From contig OZ024743.1 in NCBI GenBank assembly GCA_964016885.1, positions 120,714,001 to 120,778,000 of the forward strand: a stretch of DNA of 64,000 nt, written 5' to 3'. The position numbers and the translations under genes were made by a program. Source of the stretch: Eledone cirrhosa (lineage: Eukaryota). Shown here one piece after another: positions 27,717-41,810 of this stretch. The notes below the pieces were generated by a model. It saw only the letters and a list, made by a program, of their open reading frames with translations. It was not told the origin of the DNA and did not search any database. Position 1 is the first letter of the stretch; each line of letters opens with the position of its first letter.

Positions 27717-28810
27717 TCTTCTGGAACTTTATCATCCAAACAGACCGAAAAATAGATGCAAATAGACCTGATATAATACTGAAGGACTTTAAAAAGAGGG
27801 TATGCCTGCTAATTGATATGTCCGTTCCAATAGACAAGAATGTATCTATAAAAACATTGAGCAAGTATAAGGACCTGGAGATAGAAATGTGGAAATTGAG
27901 AACTAAAACAATACCAGTGGTTGTAGGCGCTAAGGGGTCTAATGATTACTTATCGCAAATCCCAGGAAACCTGCGTATAGGAGAAATACAAAAGATAGTA
28001 CTAATGGGAACTGCCCACATACTAAGGAAGATCCTGTCAATATAAGTACATCACAAGTCTAAACACCTAAAAATGCATGTGTGTGTATGTATGTTCTTTC
28101 TTGAACATGGCGGACCTTGTTGTCTCTTGAGGTCACTGGTTGTGACTTGGTGATAACTCGTATGAACATAAAGCAAGATAAATGCAATTGTAATAATAAT
28201 AACAATAATAATAATGATAAAGGTGCTATGGGATTTTATGACACAGACGGACAAGAAATTAGAACACAATAGACCTGACCTGGTGGTTTTGGACAAGGAA
28301 AAAAGATCGTGTCTGATTGTAGATGTAGTCTGCCCATTTGACACGAGAGTGCAAGAAAAGGAGAGGGAGAAAATTAACCGATACCAGGACTTAAAGTAGG
28401 AGGTAAAAAGGATTTGGAACTGCCATGAAGTCAGAGTCGTCCCGAATGTCATAGGCACACTAGGTACTATCTCAACGAGTTTCCAAGGAAGGTTAAAGAA
28501 GATAAGTCCAGCTCCGCTTTTTGGAACACTTCAAAATGCATGCTTGCAGGGAACAGCAAGAACCCTCCGATACGTCCTGAATATCTGAGGCTGCAGGTAG
28601 CGGCTTGATATTTATTTCAACAAACTTTCCAGTTAAATAACATCAATTACTGAGACTCAAAGAATAATAATAATAATAATTTTTCTTTTTTTAATTATAA
28701 CCAATGCGCTGTATTAACTGGCTTACCAATACACACTGTGAATTTATTTGCCCTAGTTGTCAGGAAGACACTCGGCATATATCTCAGAAACAATAATGAA
28801 AGAAAATAAA
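27432..28810 (+). mobile_element. Four short 3' fragments of R4/Dong-like LINEs separated by (TAA)n
   Basis: 27432-27686 matches 28410-28661; 27717-28190 matches 30882-31382; 28700-28810 matches 39400-39510. RLE motifs RPDLVVLDK..CLIVDVVCP and PIVIGALG. Confidence 0.9.
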
Positions 28811-28820
28811 AATAATAATA

Positions 28821-28866
<46 letters not shown>

Positions 28867-28874
28867 GAATAATA

Positions 28875-31380
28875 AGAAAAAGTACATAATATACATGCCC
28901 CATGGATAGACAGACAAATGAAAGATACAGCTCACCTTGAGGAACAAATATGGGAAAATATAATAGTTGAACAGTTGCGTTTGGCTCTTAGAAAAACCAA
29001 CAAATGGAAATTCCCAGGAAAAGACAAAATAACACATTTTTGGATAAATGCCTTCACAGAGTCTCATGAGCTGTTAGCCCAACTTTATAATGAAATAGTT
29101 AAGGAGCCAGAAAAGATACCATCATGGCTAGTTAACGGCATTACATTCCTGCTTCCGAAGAATGATGAGACAAACAATCACAAAAATTACAGACCGATAA
29201 CTTGCTTGACCACAATGTATAAAATTTTAACATCAGTCCTAACTGAATATACATATGACCACCTGATAACAAATGATCTATTTCCCAATGAGCAGAAAGA
29301 GTGTAAACGAGGCTCATATGGCTGTAAGGATCAGCTTTTGGTTAACAAAATGATACTGGAAGATTGTCATAATGGACACAAAAATCTATCAATTGCTTGG
29401 ATAGATTATAAAAAAGCATTCGATAGTTTGCCACACACTTGGATTGAAAAATGTTTAGAGATTTTCAAAATATCTCCCGTTGTCAGGAGGTTCCTGTCAT
29501 TCAGTATGAAGACATGGAAAACGACACTCCTTTTGAATAGTGATAAAAAATCACTGGAAGCTGGAGAAGTTAATATTAATTGTGGAATTTTTCAGGATGA
29601 CTCTTTATCACCGCTTTTATTCTGCATCATACTTATACCATTAAGTAAAATGCTCAATGAAACAAAACATGGATATGAAGTCTATGACAAAACCATTAAT
29701 CACTTGTTCTACATGGATGACCTGAAACTATTTGCAAAAAATGATGAACAATTGCAAGGGCTATTATCCACTGTGGACAGTTCAGTGATGACATTAAAAT
29801 GGAGTTTGGACTAGATAAATACGCCAAAGCAACGTTCACCAGAGGAAAGGTGCTAAAAAAGTTCAAACATTAATCTTGATCGGGGAATGTGATAAGAGAA
29901 CTTGATCAAGAGGAAACTTACAAATATCTAGGTGTTTGTGAAGGAGACGGAATCAAGCACTCGACAATGAGGGAAAGGATAAGGAAGGAATGTTACCGCA
30001 GAGTAAGAGCAATCTTAAGAACGGAATTGAATACAAGGAATAGGATCGATTCCATAAACACGCTTGTCATACCAGTAGTAACCTACAGTTACAATCTCAT
30101 CAACTGGTCAAGTACAGAGATCCGTAGGTTCGATACAAAAATTAGAAAATTCTTAACCAAGCACAGAATGCATCACCCTAAGGCAGATACAGATAGAATA
30201 TATCTCCCTAGGAAAGAAGGAGGACGTGGGTTACTCCAGTTAGATATTGCGTTGAAAATTACAACAATTGGATTATCTACATATCTAAGGGAATCACATG
30301 ATTGGATGATCAAACTCGTTTTGAAACATGAAAGCACCAAAAGATCATACTCCATTACAGAAGATGCACAAAGATACAGTAATGGACTACAAATTTCAGA
30401 AGTCCCATTTACTGCTGAAATGGAAAACACAGAAAAAGCAAAGCAGGTAAAAGTAACTGCAAAGAAAGAACTGCTACAGAAACTGGATAATAAATGGCAA
30501 GAAAAGCCTCTGTATGGAAAATACACAGAAAGAGCTAACAATCCTGATGTTGACAAAACTTTAACCCATCAGTGGTTTGAATCCTCTGGACTGAAATCGG
30601 AGACTGAAGAAGTGATTATATCAGCCCAAGATCAGTGTCTGCCAACATAATAAAAAATGGATGCAACCCATTATGCCGTGTATGTAAAAAACAACCAGAG
30701 ACCATTGATCATATAATTTCAATGTGCAGTCCTATAGCTCCAACCGAATACCTAAACAGGCATGACAGAGCTGCACAATACATACATTGGATAATGTGTA
30801 AGCATTTTGACCTGCCAAATCAAAAGAATTGGTGGGAGCATCAACCACCTCCCATACTTGAAAAATATCACATCTCAATCTTGTGGAACTTTAGCATCCA
30901 AACAGACCGAAAAATAGATGCAAATAGACCTGATATAATACTGAAGGACTTTAAAAAGAGGGTATGCTTGCTAATTGATATGTCCGTTCCAATAGACAAG
31001 AATGTATCTATAAAAACATTTGAAAAATTGAGCAAGTAGACCTGGAGATAGAAATTGGAAAAATGTGGAAATTGAGAACTAAAACAATACCAGTGGTTGT
31101 AGGCGATCTAGGAATGATACCTAAGGGATCTAATGATTACTTATCGAAAATCCCAGGAAACCCGCATATAGGAGAAATACAAAAGATAGTACTAATGGGA
31201 ACTGCCCATATACTAAGGAAGATTCTGTCAATATAAGTGCATCACAAGTCTAAACACCTAAAGATGCATGTGCGGGTATGTATGTTCTTTCTTGAACATG
31301 GCGGACCTTGTTGTCTCTTGAGCTCAATGGTTGTGACTTGGTGGTAACTCGTATGAACATAAAGCAAGATAAATGCAACT

Positions 31381-31382
<2 letters not shown>
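28875..31382 (+). mobile_element. R4/Dong-like non-LTR retrotransposon, 5'-truncated (RT, CCHC, RLE), frameshifted
   Basis: [85 protein letters not shown]; (TAA)n on both sides. Confidence 0.93.
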
Positions 31383-31430
<48 letters not shown>

Positions 31431-31431
<1 letters not shown>

Positions 31432-34400
31432 CTTTCTTTATTAACCACATAAAGTAGACATTAAGTACAGTACAGGACAATACAGGAAGGTACAAATGGG
31501 CATTTCTGCGTGTAAAAAACATAAACAGAGGATGTAACAAAAAAATAACAATGAAAAATTCCCCAATACGGGGTCGACTTCCGAGGGACATTCGTGGAGA
31601 AAGCCCATTAAAAAGCTACAGTGACCCTGACCACCAGGGCAAGTGCCCTCTCCCAGTTTTCCATCTTTAATTTACAGACACATACTTGCCTCTCTCACAC
31701 ATCTTTCAACAAAATGCTGGGAAGAGAGCACTCCCCTCTCTACCCTGATTTTCCTTGTCAAATGAAATTTTAAAAAGTTAATCAGGGCATCACCGAAGAG
31801 GTAAGTGCTGGTCTTCAGCCCTTTCAAACGTGTCCACCATACTATCTCTATCGCCATGGCCACCAGAGAGATAAAAACTACATGCCCTTCCCGGCTAAAG
31901 GAAGAGGGCAGGGCAATCATGACGATGGACTCAACTGATAGCTGGAACTCTCTTACACGCGACAGCAGGTGTTCGACATAAACCCACAAGTCAGCAATGC
32001 TCAAACACTGGACGAGTGCGTGCAGGACGGTTTCGCGACCTGCGCGCATCTCTGACATGCCCAGCTGATGGCACCTCCATGCCTGTAGAGTTTATCTCGG
32101 ACTGGCAAAGCTCCTCGGTAGCACTTCCAGGCCAGGGATTTCTGGAAGTTGTCCATAAGCCCAAGCCTGAAAGTTCTTCCGAAGAGATTGGCTAGTTGAT
32201 TTTCGTCGACGCCTAGAGTTTCCCCAAGTACCTCGTCGCCCTTCCCCTCCACTAATCCTCTTTAGAACGCCAAGGTGGAGTTTCTACCGATCACATTGCC
32301 CGATTGGTCGAGGGCTGTGAGCGCCTGAAGACATTCCAGTCTCCAAGCGCTCTCTCTCGGTCTTCGCTTGACCCATGACTGCAGCTCCGTCAAGGAGACG
32401 AGCTGGGGAAATACGTGTCTAGCAAATGGCGACCACACCTGATCACCGTCGAGGAAGAGGTGGAGATGTCGTAGCTTGAGCGCGTTTCTGCGCATCATTA
32501 GCCATGGCATGCCCAGCCCTCCACGTAGCGGGTGTTGACAGCAGATGGACCGCCTGAGCATCGGAGAGCGTCCCTTTCACATAAAGCGAAAGAGCAACGC
32601 TCCAGCGCAGTCAGGCGGGGATTAGGGCAAGGTACGACAGTCAGGCGGTGTAGAAGACGGACGCGATGTACGCGTTATCCACCTCCGCTCGACCTTTCAG
32701 GGACAGCTTCCTCTCCGCCCATTTATGGGTGAGAGAAGCACCCTGCTCGTCACCTCGTCCCAGTTTTTGTCCGTCTGGAGGTCCGTACCGAACCAGACCA
32801 ATTTATCGGTCCGTCCGTCCAGCGCCCGACGAGGCTGTTGGACGGCATGGACCTGCCTCTCCAGGTGCAAAGCTGCAGGCCCACTGACTTTTCCTGGTTG
32901 ATCATTGCTCCTGTCACCGCTTCGTATTCTCTTAATGTAGTGCCGATCGCCTCGATGTGTTTGGTGTTCGACACCACTACGGTGACATCATCTGCATATG
33001 CCTACACGGATCTTCCGCATCCTAGTTCGCGCGGGACCCCCCTCAACGTCTCCAGTTTGTGCAGTAATGGCTCGAGAGTCAATACGTACAAGAGGGACAA
33101 GAGGGGACATCCTAGGCGGACCGAGCGCATGATGTTGAACGGTTCCGAAAGGTGACTGTTCACTCTCACCCCAGAGCAGATGTCGCTGTGCATGGCAGCG
33201 ATCCAGCCTCTGAAGACGACCCCAAAGCCAGCCGCCCTCACTGCCGCTAGGTAACGATGGTCGACCCTATCGAAAGCTTTCAACTGATATAAATTGATCA
33301 AGGACCCACCCGTGCCAGGTTCCCTAGCTACCCTCTCCACGATGTATCGCATGAGGTGGAGGTTGTCGTGGATGGATCTGTCGGCAATGGCGCAAGTCTG
33401 CGCCTCTCCCACCAGACCACCAACGACAAGCGCCAACCTCTTTGCTAGCACCTTGGCCAAAATCTTGAACTCTGTGTTTAGCAGAGTTATGGGCCAGAAA
33501 TTATCTATGTTATCCACCTTGTTCGGATCCTTTCTCAGCAGCGCCATCGCTCCTCAGCTCACAGAGCTGGGAATTCTCCCGTTCTGTTGCCAGTTGCAGT
33601 AGACGTCCGCCAAGAGGTCTCGGAACAAGTCTGGCATCTGTACGTAAAGTTCATAGGATAGGACAGACCATCCAAACCAGGCGATTTACCCCTTGTGCAG
33701 CCAGTCATTGCTTCCCGTACTTCAGCGGCTGTTATCCGCTTTTCGCAACTCTCCGCCTCAGTGGCCGAGAGCCGCGGCATTCCGTCGAGGTAGACACTAA
33801 AGTCCATCCCTCGATCCGGCCCGCCGCAGCCCCCGAACAGCTGAGCGAATTGTCGCTGAAAAGCTTCACACATTTTCCCGGGATCGAGTAGCATGCGCCC
33901 GTCGTGGTCCACCAAAGACCGGATCGTGGCTTTGTTGCCACGACGCGCCTCCGCCACTCGGGCCCATTTAACGGCTTTCGTCCCCTCGTGTCTGAGAGCA
34001 CGCACCCTAGCTCTGACAACGCAGCCTTCGTGCTTTGCATTGAAGAATTGGTGAAGGGCCAATTTCGCCGCAAGTACGTCGGTCGCGATGCCTTTGCTAA
34101 GCGCCTCGTCTAATTTTCTAACTATTTCTCCCTCTGCTCTATTTTTCTCTATACCTAAAGCCTTACTAAACCTAATGGAATCTATTCTAATCGCTCTTTT
34201 CAGAGCAAACCACCACTTGTTGATGACGATGGCCCCCGTCAACACCCGCTTAACTCGTTCACTAATCCGGTCTCTGTAGGCCATGCGCGCTGGTAAGGAC
34301 GCGTTTAGCTTCCAATAGCCGGGTCCTTGTCTATGAAGCCTATCTAAGTCAACCACACAGATCAGGAATTTGTGGTCCGTGTAGTTGACTATCTTGTATT

Positions 34401-37224
34401 GTGGACAGTCTATGCTAGACCTATCTATTTCCCTACAAAATACTCTATCTAGATATGATCTGGATGACCCGATGCGGTTTGTCCAAGTCCACATTGGCAC
34501 ATTCGGGAAATCCAATCGGTACCTGTCAGACAGTTCAAAACACCTGAGCAGGGCAGTGAGGCTCTTGCACCCTCCTCCTCTATCCATTAATCCCACACAG
34601 TCCCAGCGTGCATCTGAAATCCCGTTCCAGTCGCCCACTAACACTAAAGAGTGGGACGTTCCGAGAAAGGTCTTCTGACGCCGGAAGAAATCAGGCCGCC
34701 CTGCTCCTGTCGGGGCATAGACGGCCACTAGCCTGAAAGCTTGCCCGTCTCCGCTGGTAACGTCCAGCACCATCAACTTACCTTCTGGGTCCAGGAAGAT
34801 GGCCCGTATGGCGAGATCCAAACCTCTCCGAAAAAACACAGCAACTCCTCCCCCGATCCAGGACTGTTGGAAGATGCGTACACATCGTAGCCGCCGAAGA
34901 TCGGTGCGAAGGCCCGTGCTTCGGAGATGCTGGTCTCGCTGATGGCCACTACATCTATGTTTAGTGACCTGAGGTCGTTGAGCAGGTGGCCCAGCTTCCA
35001 TGACGACCTCCAGCCACGCGCATTTATGCTGGCTATTCTGAGTGAGGTCATGTTGAAAAGTAGTGGAAAAGATGGGAAAGACCACTTACCGTACTTCTCG
35101 TGGAGGAAGGATGGTTTCTCCATCCTTTTCACTGCTTGTAGCCTCCTTCGGACGGATGTCCTTATAAATCCTCCTGGAGAGTGCTTGTCGGAAGTCTCCG
35201 ATGTCTTTGGGGAATTTTTGTTTTAGTGTCGTGTACGTTTTCTGTGTGATGCGAGTGATTTGTATGTGTGGAGGTGGTGTGAACTTTTGGGGTGTTGTGT
35301 AGTCTTTTTCTGTGATGCTGGTGTTGTGTTGGATGTAGTGTAATAATTGGTTGTTCTTCAAATTTACTGCTGTGTAGTGTGTATCGTTTTGGTTGTTTTG
35401 TTTTGTTTGCGTTTGTTGTGGGTTTGTTTCTGTTTCACTTTTTGGTGACTTCTGTGGTGATGGTGATGGTGTTGGTGAGAGCTGGTGTGGGTGGTGGCAT
35501 AGCTGTCCTAACATTTTTTGTTTGATAGTTTATTTGTTTCCCTCTGTATTTTGTTTTTGGAGGGGAAGGAAGGGGATTTTTTTCTTTTTTGGCTTCTTTT
35601 TCCTTTTTTCTTTTTTCCTGATACAGTTTCCCACTCCTCGTCGTCACAATCTGTCTCCAGTTGCGATAGGTCGGGGAGTAGAAAATCCTCCACAGGCGTT
35701 GGTTTTGGTTGTGGCGTGGTGGATGGTGGAGGCGCTGGTGCTAGTTCTGGCACGGTGGGTGGTGGTGGTGTTGGTTTTGCTACTGTTGCTGGGGTTGTTA
35801 CTGCTACAGTTGCTTCTGTTGTTGCTGCCATTTCTGATGCTGGTGGTGTTGATGGTTGAGTCACTGGGGTGGGTAAGAGAGGTGGCCTCAACTTTTTAAC
35901 CTGAGAGCAGAAAGCCTTTAGATGGGTTTCTTCACCACAAACGACACACCTAGGCCTTCTACCCTCGACGATTACGGTGAGGTGGCTGCCGTCAGTGAGG
36001 TCTGTTAGCTCTGGGATTTCCTCAATGCTTTTTTGGTCCGCTTGGATCAGGAGCTCCATCCCAGATCCGGACCAGTTCTCCTGCTTTTCTTTTGATATTT
36101 CAATTATTTTGGTGTTGGTCTCGATGCCGGCGAGGACGGCAGCCATTAGCCAGGGAATTTCGATGGCCGGTGGAATGTGGGTCACCCTGATCTTCACGAG
36201 TCTCTGGCCACAATAGCTTGGGACGAGTGTGAAGTCGTCGCTTCTTAATGGGACCATGGGGTGCTCTCTGGCCTCCTGTGGTGTTCCAAAGAACACGTCC
36301 ACGGTTCCATATTTCTGCCTACGTCTGATGTGGGGTTTTTCGCCCACACATGTCCCAAAGCTTTTTGGATTTGGTACTCGGATGCCCGTTCCACTCGTCG
36401 CGATTTTGTGTTAATCGTCCGATAAGACACGGTGCAAAGGCGCCGATGCTCCATTTTATTAGGTGGGGGTGGGGGGTGGGGGGTGGGGATGAGACTGACC
36501 CTGTACCCATCTTTCTTTACCATTCTCTTGGCTTCATTTAATTCCTCCTGAGTTACCTCGGTTGTTTCGCATTTCTTGGCTGCTTCGGCAAACGACACAT
36601 TTGCGATGGTGTTGATGTTTTTGTTGTTATTCTCATTGTTGTTGTTGCTGTTGTTGTTATTGTTATTTTTGTTATTGTTATCTTTAGTTTCAGTAGTGGT
36701 GGTGGTGGCGTAAGTGGTGTTCGGTGTGGAAGAGTCGATTCTGGGTGAATCCATTTCGATGTCACGAGATAATAATTTATTTTTTTCTTTTGTTTCTGTT
36801 GTCGCTGTGGTGGTGGTGGGGGTGGCGGCTTTAACACCTGCAGTTTTTGGTAATGACGGGAAATGAATGTCTGCATGAGACAAATTTAAATTATTGCTAC
36901 TGCTTATATTTTTAGTGTTGGAAAACGTAGTACTATTTACAATGGTGGTGTTGGTGTGAGGTGTTAGTTTGTGAGGAAGGCCGTCAGCTTCGTGTGGCTG
37001 TGAGTCGTCGATGATTTTTTCAAAGAAAGTTTTTGTTTGATAATTATAAAAGTTTAAATTTTGGGCTCAAGGCCCCAATCTTTTTGAGTGTCCTTTGCCG
37101 AAAGCAATATATGTGAACTTATAAACACTTAACAACAAACATTTTCCATAAATGGCAATTTGAAAGAATTGAAAACAACAAACCTTTGCGGAGCTCACGA
37201 TAATACGATTTCCTACGTAGGTCG
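31431..37224 (-). mobile_element. Near full-length Tx1/L1-clade LINE (ORF1 zinc knuckle; ORF2 APE plus RT), disrupted
   Basis: ORF1 about 36883-35086 with CVVCGEETHLKAFC. ORF2 from ATG 35051 (MTSLRIASINARG, VVAISET, VYAP, VGDWN, SYLDR, TDHK, PGYWKLN, KSPGLDG, KAFDRVDH, AYADDV at about 32984-33001) to about 31672. AATAAA plus (ATT)n tail; taataa at the 5' junction. Confidence 0.93.
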
Positions 37225-37230
37225 TAATAA

Positions 37231-39510
37231 TATCGGCCCATAACCTGCTTGTCCACCACTTATAAACTATTAACCTGTATTCTCATGGAAAAAGCATACG
37301 TGTTTTTGGAAGAGAACAATCTTTTCCCCATTGAACAAAAAGGGTGCCGACGAGGTTCATATGGTTGCAAAGATCAACTTTTGATTAATCGTATGATCCT
37401 TGAGAACTATCATAATAAACACAGAAATCTCAGTTCTGCATAGATCGATTATAAAAAAGCCTTTGACAGTATATCACACTCATGGATTCTGAAATCACTG
37501 GACATCTTCAAAATCTCACCTGTGATCTCAAACTTCTTGAAACAGAATATGTCATTATGGAACACAAATCTCCAATTGTTTCATTCCACTGGAGTACTGT
37601 GCTCTAGGACTATAAACATCAACTGTCGTATATTCCAGGGTGACTCACTTTCAGCCTTGCTTTTCTGCATAGCTTTAATACCCATTACATTCGAGCTTAA
37701 TAGAATAGGGTACGGTTATAGAATTGACAACAAAAAAATAGGCCACCTATTTTATATGGATGATTTGAAGCTATATTGCAAATATAATGACGAACTGGAA
37801 GGCCTTTTGCGGACAGTAAAAACGTTTAGCGATGACATCAGGATGGAGTTTGGACTTGACGAGTGTGCAAAAGCCACTTTCAAGAAGAGGAAGCTTGTCA
37901 ACTCAGATTCAGTTGAATTGGATGCTGAAACAATCATAAAGGTACTTGAGCAGGAACAAACCTATAAATACTTAGGGATTAATGAGGGCTCTGGCATACA
38001 GCATGCATGTATGAAAGAGAAGATAAGAAAAGAATGTTACAGGAGAGTACGTGCAGTTCTGACATCAGAACTAAACGTTCGTAACAAGGTGTTAGCCATA
38101 AATTCCTTGGCAGTCCCAGTTGTCACTTATAGCTTCGGTGTGTTGAACTGGAATATGAATGAAATCAAAAGAATCGACACCAAAGTCCGTAAGCTACTGA
38201 CATGTAATAGGATGCACCATCCAAAAGCAGATGTGGATCCTCTTTACATTCCTAGAACTCAAGGAGGCCGTGGCCTGATCTAATTTAAACTTGCTTACAA
38301 GACCACCATCATTGGACTGGCCAAATACCTTGAAACAACTAACGACTGTATGCTGAAACTTGTTGAAAAGAATGAGAGAAGTAAGAAGCTTCATTCTATC
38401 TTGAAGGAGAGCAAACAATATGCTACTGATCTCATGCTTGATACCCAGGCTGGACAGACTAAAGAAACTGTTGCAACTGATGCTGCTAGGCACATACAAT
38501 CACTGGCAAAAGCAAAAGAGCAAGGACAATTATCATCAAATTGGGAGCAAAAACCTCTGCCTGGTAAATAAGTGGCCCGTAGCAAACAAGCTGATGTTGA
38601 CCAAAAGCACACCCATCAGTGGCTACGTAGTTCAGGGCTAAAGGCGGAGAGGGAAGGCTTCATCTTAGCTGTCCAAGATCAAAGCTTATTGACTCGTAAT
38701 TACCAGGCCAATGTGATGAGAAACGGAATAAACCCAAAGTGCCGATTCGATTCTGCAATGCTGGGGTTGAAACAGTGGATCACTTAGTCTCTGGATGTAA
38801 AGTTTTAACACCAGTACAATACAAATATAGACATGACAGAGTTGGCCAATATCTACACTGGGTAATATGTCGGCATTACAAAATCAAAGCTGAAGACAAG
38901 TGGTACAATCATCACCCTGAGGCTGTAACTGAAGGAGAAAAAGTAACAATTATCTGGGACTTTCCTGTACTTACTGACAGGACCATAAAAGCAAATAGAC
39001 CTGACATCATTGTAAAAGATCAACATACCAAGGTCTGTTTGTTGATAGATATGAGCATCCCATGTGATCCCAATATCGCGGCAAAAGAATATGACAAGCT
39101 ACGAAAATATAAACATCTGCTTATTGAAATTGAGAAAATGTGGCACCTCAATGCCGTTACAATACCAGTGATTGTGGGAGGACTAGGAATGATCAAGAAG
39201 GAATAGAACAATATTTGCGAATGATTTCTGGTTTACCCTTTCTGCACGAGGTGCACAAAATTGTTTTGACTGGTACTGCACACGTATTGAGAAGAGCACT
39301 ATCTCTGTAAGATTGATATCCCTCCTTGTATTTACATATGCATATGCACATGTGTATATATGTATACTGTTTTTCTTTGTTTTTTTAAAAATAATAATCA
39401 ATGTGCTGTATTAACTGGCTTACCAATGCACACTGTGAATTTATTTGCCCTAGGTGTCGGGAAGACACTCGGCATATATCTCAGAAACAATAATGAAAGA
39501 AAATAAAAAT
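37231..39510 (+). mobile_element. R4/Dong-like LINE (second subfamily), 5'-truncated
   Basis: YRPITCL, IFQGDSLS, YMDD, HPKADV, ETVDHLVSGC, RHD, RPDIIVKD..LLIDMSIP; ends in (TAA)n. Confidence 0.93.
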
Positions 39511-39516
39511 AACAAC

Positions 39517-39570
<54 letters not shown>

Positions 39571-39571
<1 letters not shown>

Positions 39572-39825
39572 TGGAAAATGAAAACAGAAACAATACTTGA
39601 CATGGCCTGGGCCAATACTGACCGAAACCTATCAAAGTTATCACAGTTATAATAATAGGTGCTCTAGGAATGATAAAAACACACAGACAAATACATAATC
39701 CAAATCCCAGGACTTACAAATATATACAGTATTCAAAAGATAGCACTACTAGGCACTGCAGACATTTTACGAAAAGTACTATCAATACAATAAAAACATC
39801 AGCAAAACTACACGGTAAGCAGTAA
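39571..39825 (+). mobile_element. R4/Dong-like 3' fragment
   Basis: VIIIGALGMIK and IQKIALLGTADILRKVLSIQ*. Confidence 0.75.
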
Positions 39826-40047
39826 TGATGCAAATAAAAATAATAATGGAAATAAAAATAATAATGATAATAATGTTCGGAATGACTTTCGGAATATTTA
39901 TGAGAAAGTTTGTAATAGATATTTACATTTATATATCATTCGTAATATGTATAATATATATAATCCTGTACGAAATTATTGTGTATTTAGTTTTTGAATA
40001 CTGTTTAATAATGTAAGTTAAAATAGCAACTTATACTATTGGATATA

Positions 40048-40099
40048 TCTAATTACTATTACAACTATTTTCTTGTGTTTCTTCTTGTTCTAGGTAAGT
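40048..40099 (+). other. Candidate recursive (zero-nucleotide exon) splice site in the nAChR intron
   Basis: CTAAT branch-like motif at about 40049-40053, AG-free zone, tract ttttcttgtgtttcttcttgttct, then AG directly followed by GTAAGT (junction 40093/40094). Confidence 0.6.
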
Positions 40100-41689
40100 G
40101 TCATTGGGTATTCTTGACAATTTGTTTAGATGTCACGTCTTCTGCATCGGTGAAGTGTCAGGTTGGTGTATATATATTTTCTTAAATTTTTTTGAGCATT
40201 AGATTCCAAAATTCAATGATAATTATTAATCGTTTTCAAAATTGCCTTTGCAGGTTACTCCTTCAGATATAAGCTTCTCATGTTTAATTATAAACATTTT
40301 CATATATACGTCTACAAACAAATTTCCATCTTTAGTTCTCTTAAGTGAAGAAACATCTAGCTTTAGGTATCAGTATGTAGGGTGTGATACGTAAAGCCAA
40401 CATGAAAGCCCAATGGTTATCGAACCTATGTCTCCTTTGTTGATGCCGCATAGCAATTACTAACTTACTGTATCTACAAACATAGGTTGAATTTCGTTTC
40501 TCTACGTAATTTCATATGGATATTTGTTTTGATTTTTGCCTTGTTACTTTTAATATGTTGAGATTAAGATAAAATTGCGACATCTTTCCTTCGTATTCTG
40601 CATTAATATTTATGTATTCGACTAATTCAGGCAGATCATTTTTAAGTTTAAATTTTATGATCACAGATTTCAAACCAGAATTTTATTTTTTAGTTTTAAT
40701 TGCTTTTTTGTAATTGGTACATTAGAATTGACTTAGTGTGTAATTACTTTTTTAAGTTCCTTAAAACTAATTTCACTGAATTAGTCGAGGAAAATATGTT
40801 TTATGTTACGTTCCAACAACATATCAAACATAGTCAAACAGAATAAAAAAGACATGAAAAGCAAAAGTAGTATAAAATTAGCATAGTTAAAAATTCAAAA
40901 ACATAATTCTAAAAGTAGAAGTGGATAACTCGGCTTACGTTAAAGTTGTAATTACACCAAAACAATCGACAAAAGTGAACGAAATTAAACATTTATACAA
41001 TATATTCATTGCGATTATCTGGCATCTTTGTGCTGTATGAATATGTACATCTATATTTTAGTAAGATTTCAAAATATTGCCAGTTTACTACTAAACAACG
41101 TTAATTTTGATATTAGTCCGATATATAATGGCTGGTCTTAATATACTATTTTTAAATTTAACCAAGTGAGGATTATAGCAAATATAGCAGCGGTACAATA
41201 ATGTGTCCGTCTTTCATTAATTGTCAGTTTTTAAAATTATTTTAAATACGAATTCAATGTATATAGTTTCACCAAATTTTCAAATAAGTTACAGCAGAGC
41301 CGAATCTAATTGTTTCATCGCATATAGGATGCGATAGTAGTAATTGGATGTAAATGGTAAGCAGGATTAGGAGGGGTTGGTGTTAATTCACCATTTAAGG
41401 ATAACTAAAATCCGATTGTAAAACAATGTCTAGTGAACTAGTTTTGAAGAAAGGTTACTTCTATAGCTAGAACATTATAGTTTACCAAACATCAGTTAAA
41501 TTTAATCATTTAAATTATCGAGCATACAGTCGCATTGAATGTGAGTATATTGATAGATAATTGGTGAGATTGTATGTTATAAAAAACTATTATCTTAAAT
41601 AAAGGTAAATTATTTTCATTAATTGTGCAAAGATTATATGTAGTATAAGTTCATTAGAGTTTGTTTCATCGGTACTATATTTTATCCCC

Positions 41690-41810
41690 CCATCCTGACA
41701 TAACGAAATATAAATCTGGCCTCAGTGAGATTCCAACTCAGAACGTAAATATCATGAACAAATGGTGAATGGCCTTTTTACACGACGTTCTAACGATTCG
41801 GCCAATCGAC
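41690..41810 (-). mobile_element. Old SINE family A-related fragment
   Basis: ggcctcagtgagattccaactcagaacgtaaa...tttacacgacgttctaacgattcggccaatc. Confidence 0.5.

Noticed and set aside
27432-31382. CRISPR-like repeat-spacer array or segmental duplication
   Set aside because: The units are LINE 3' ends with different truncation points separated by TAA repeats; eukaryotic context with no cas genes.
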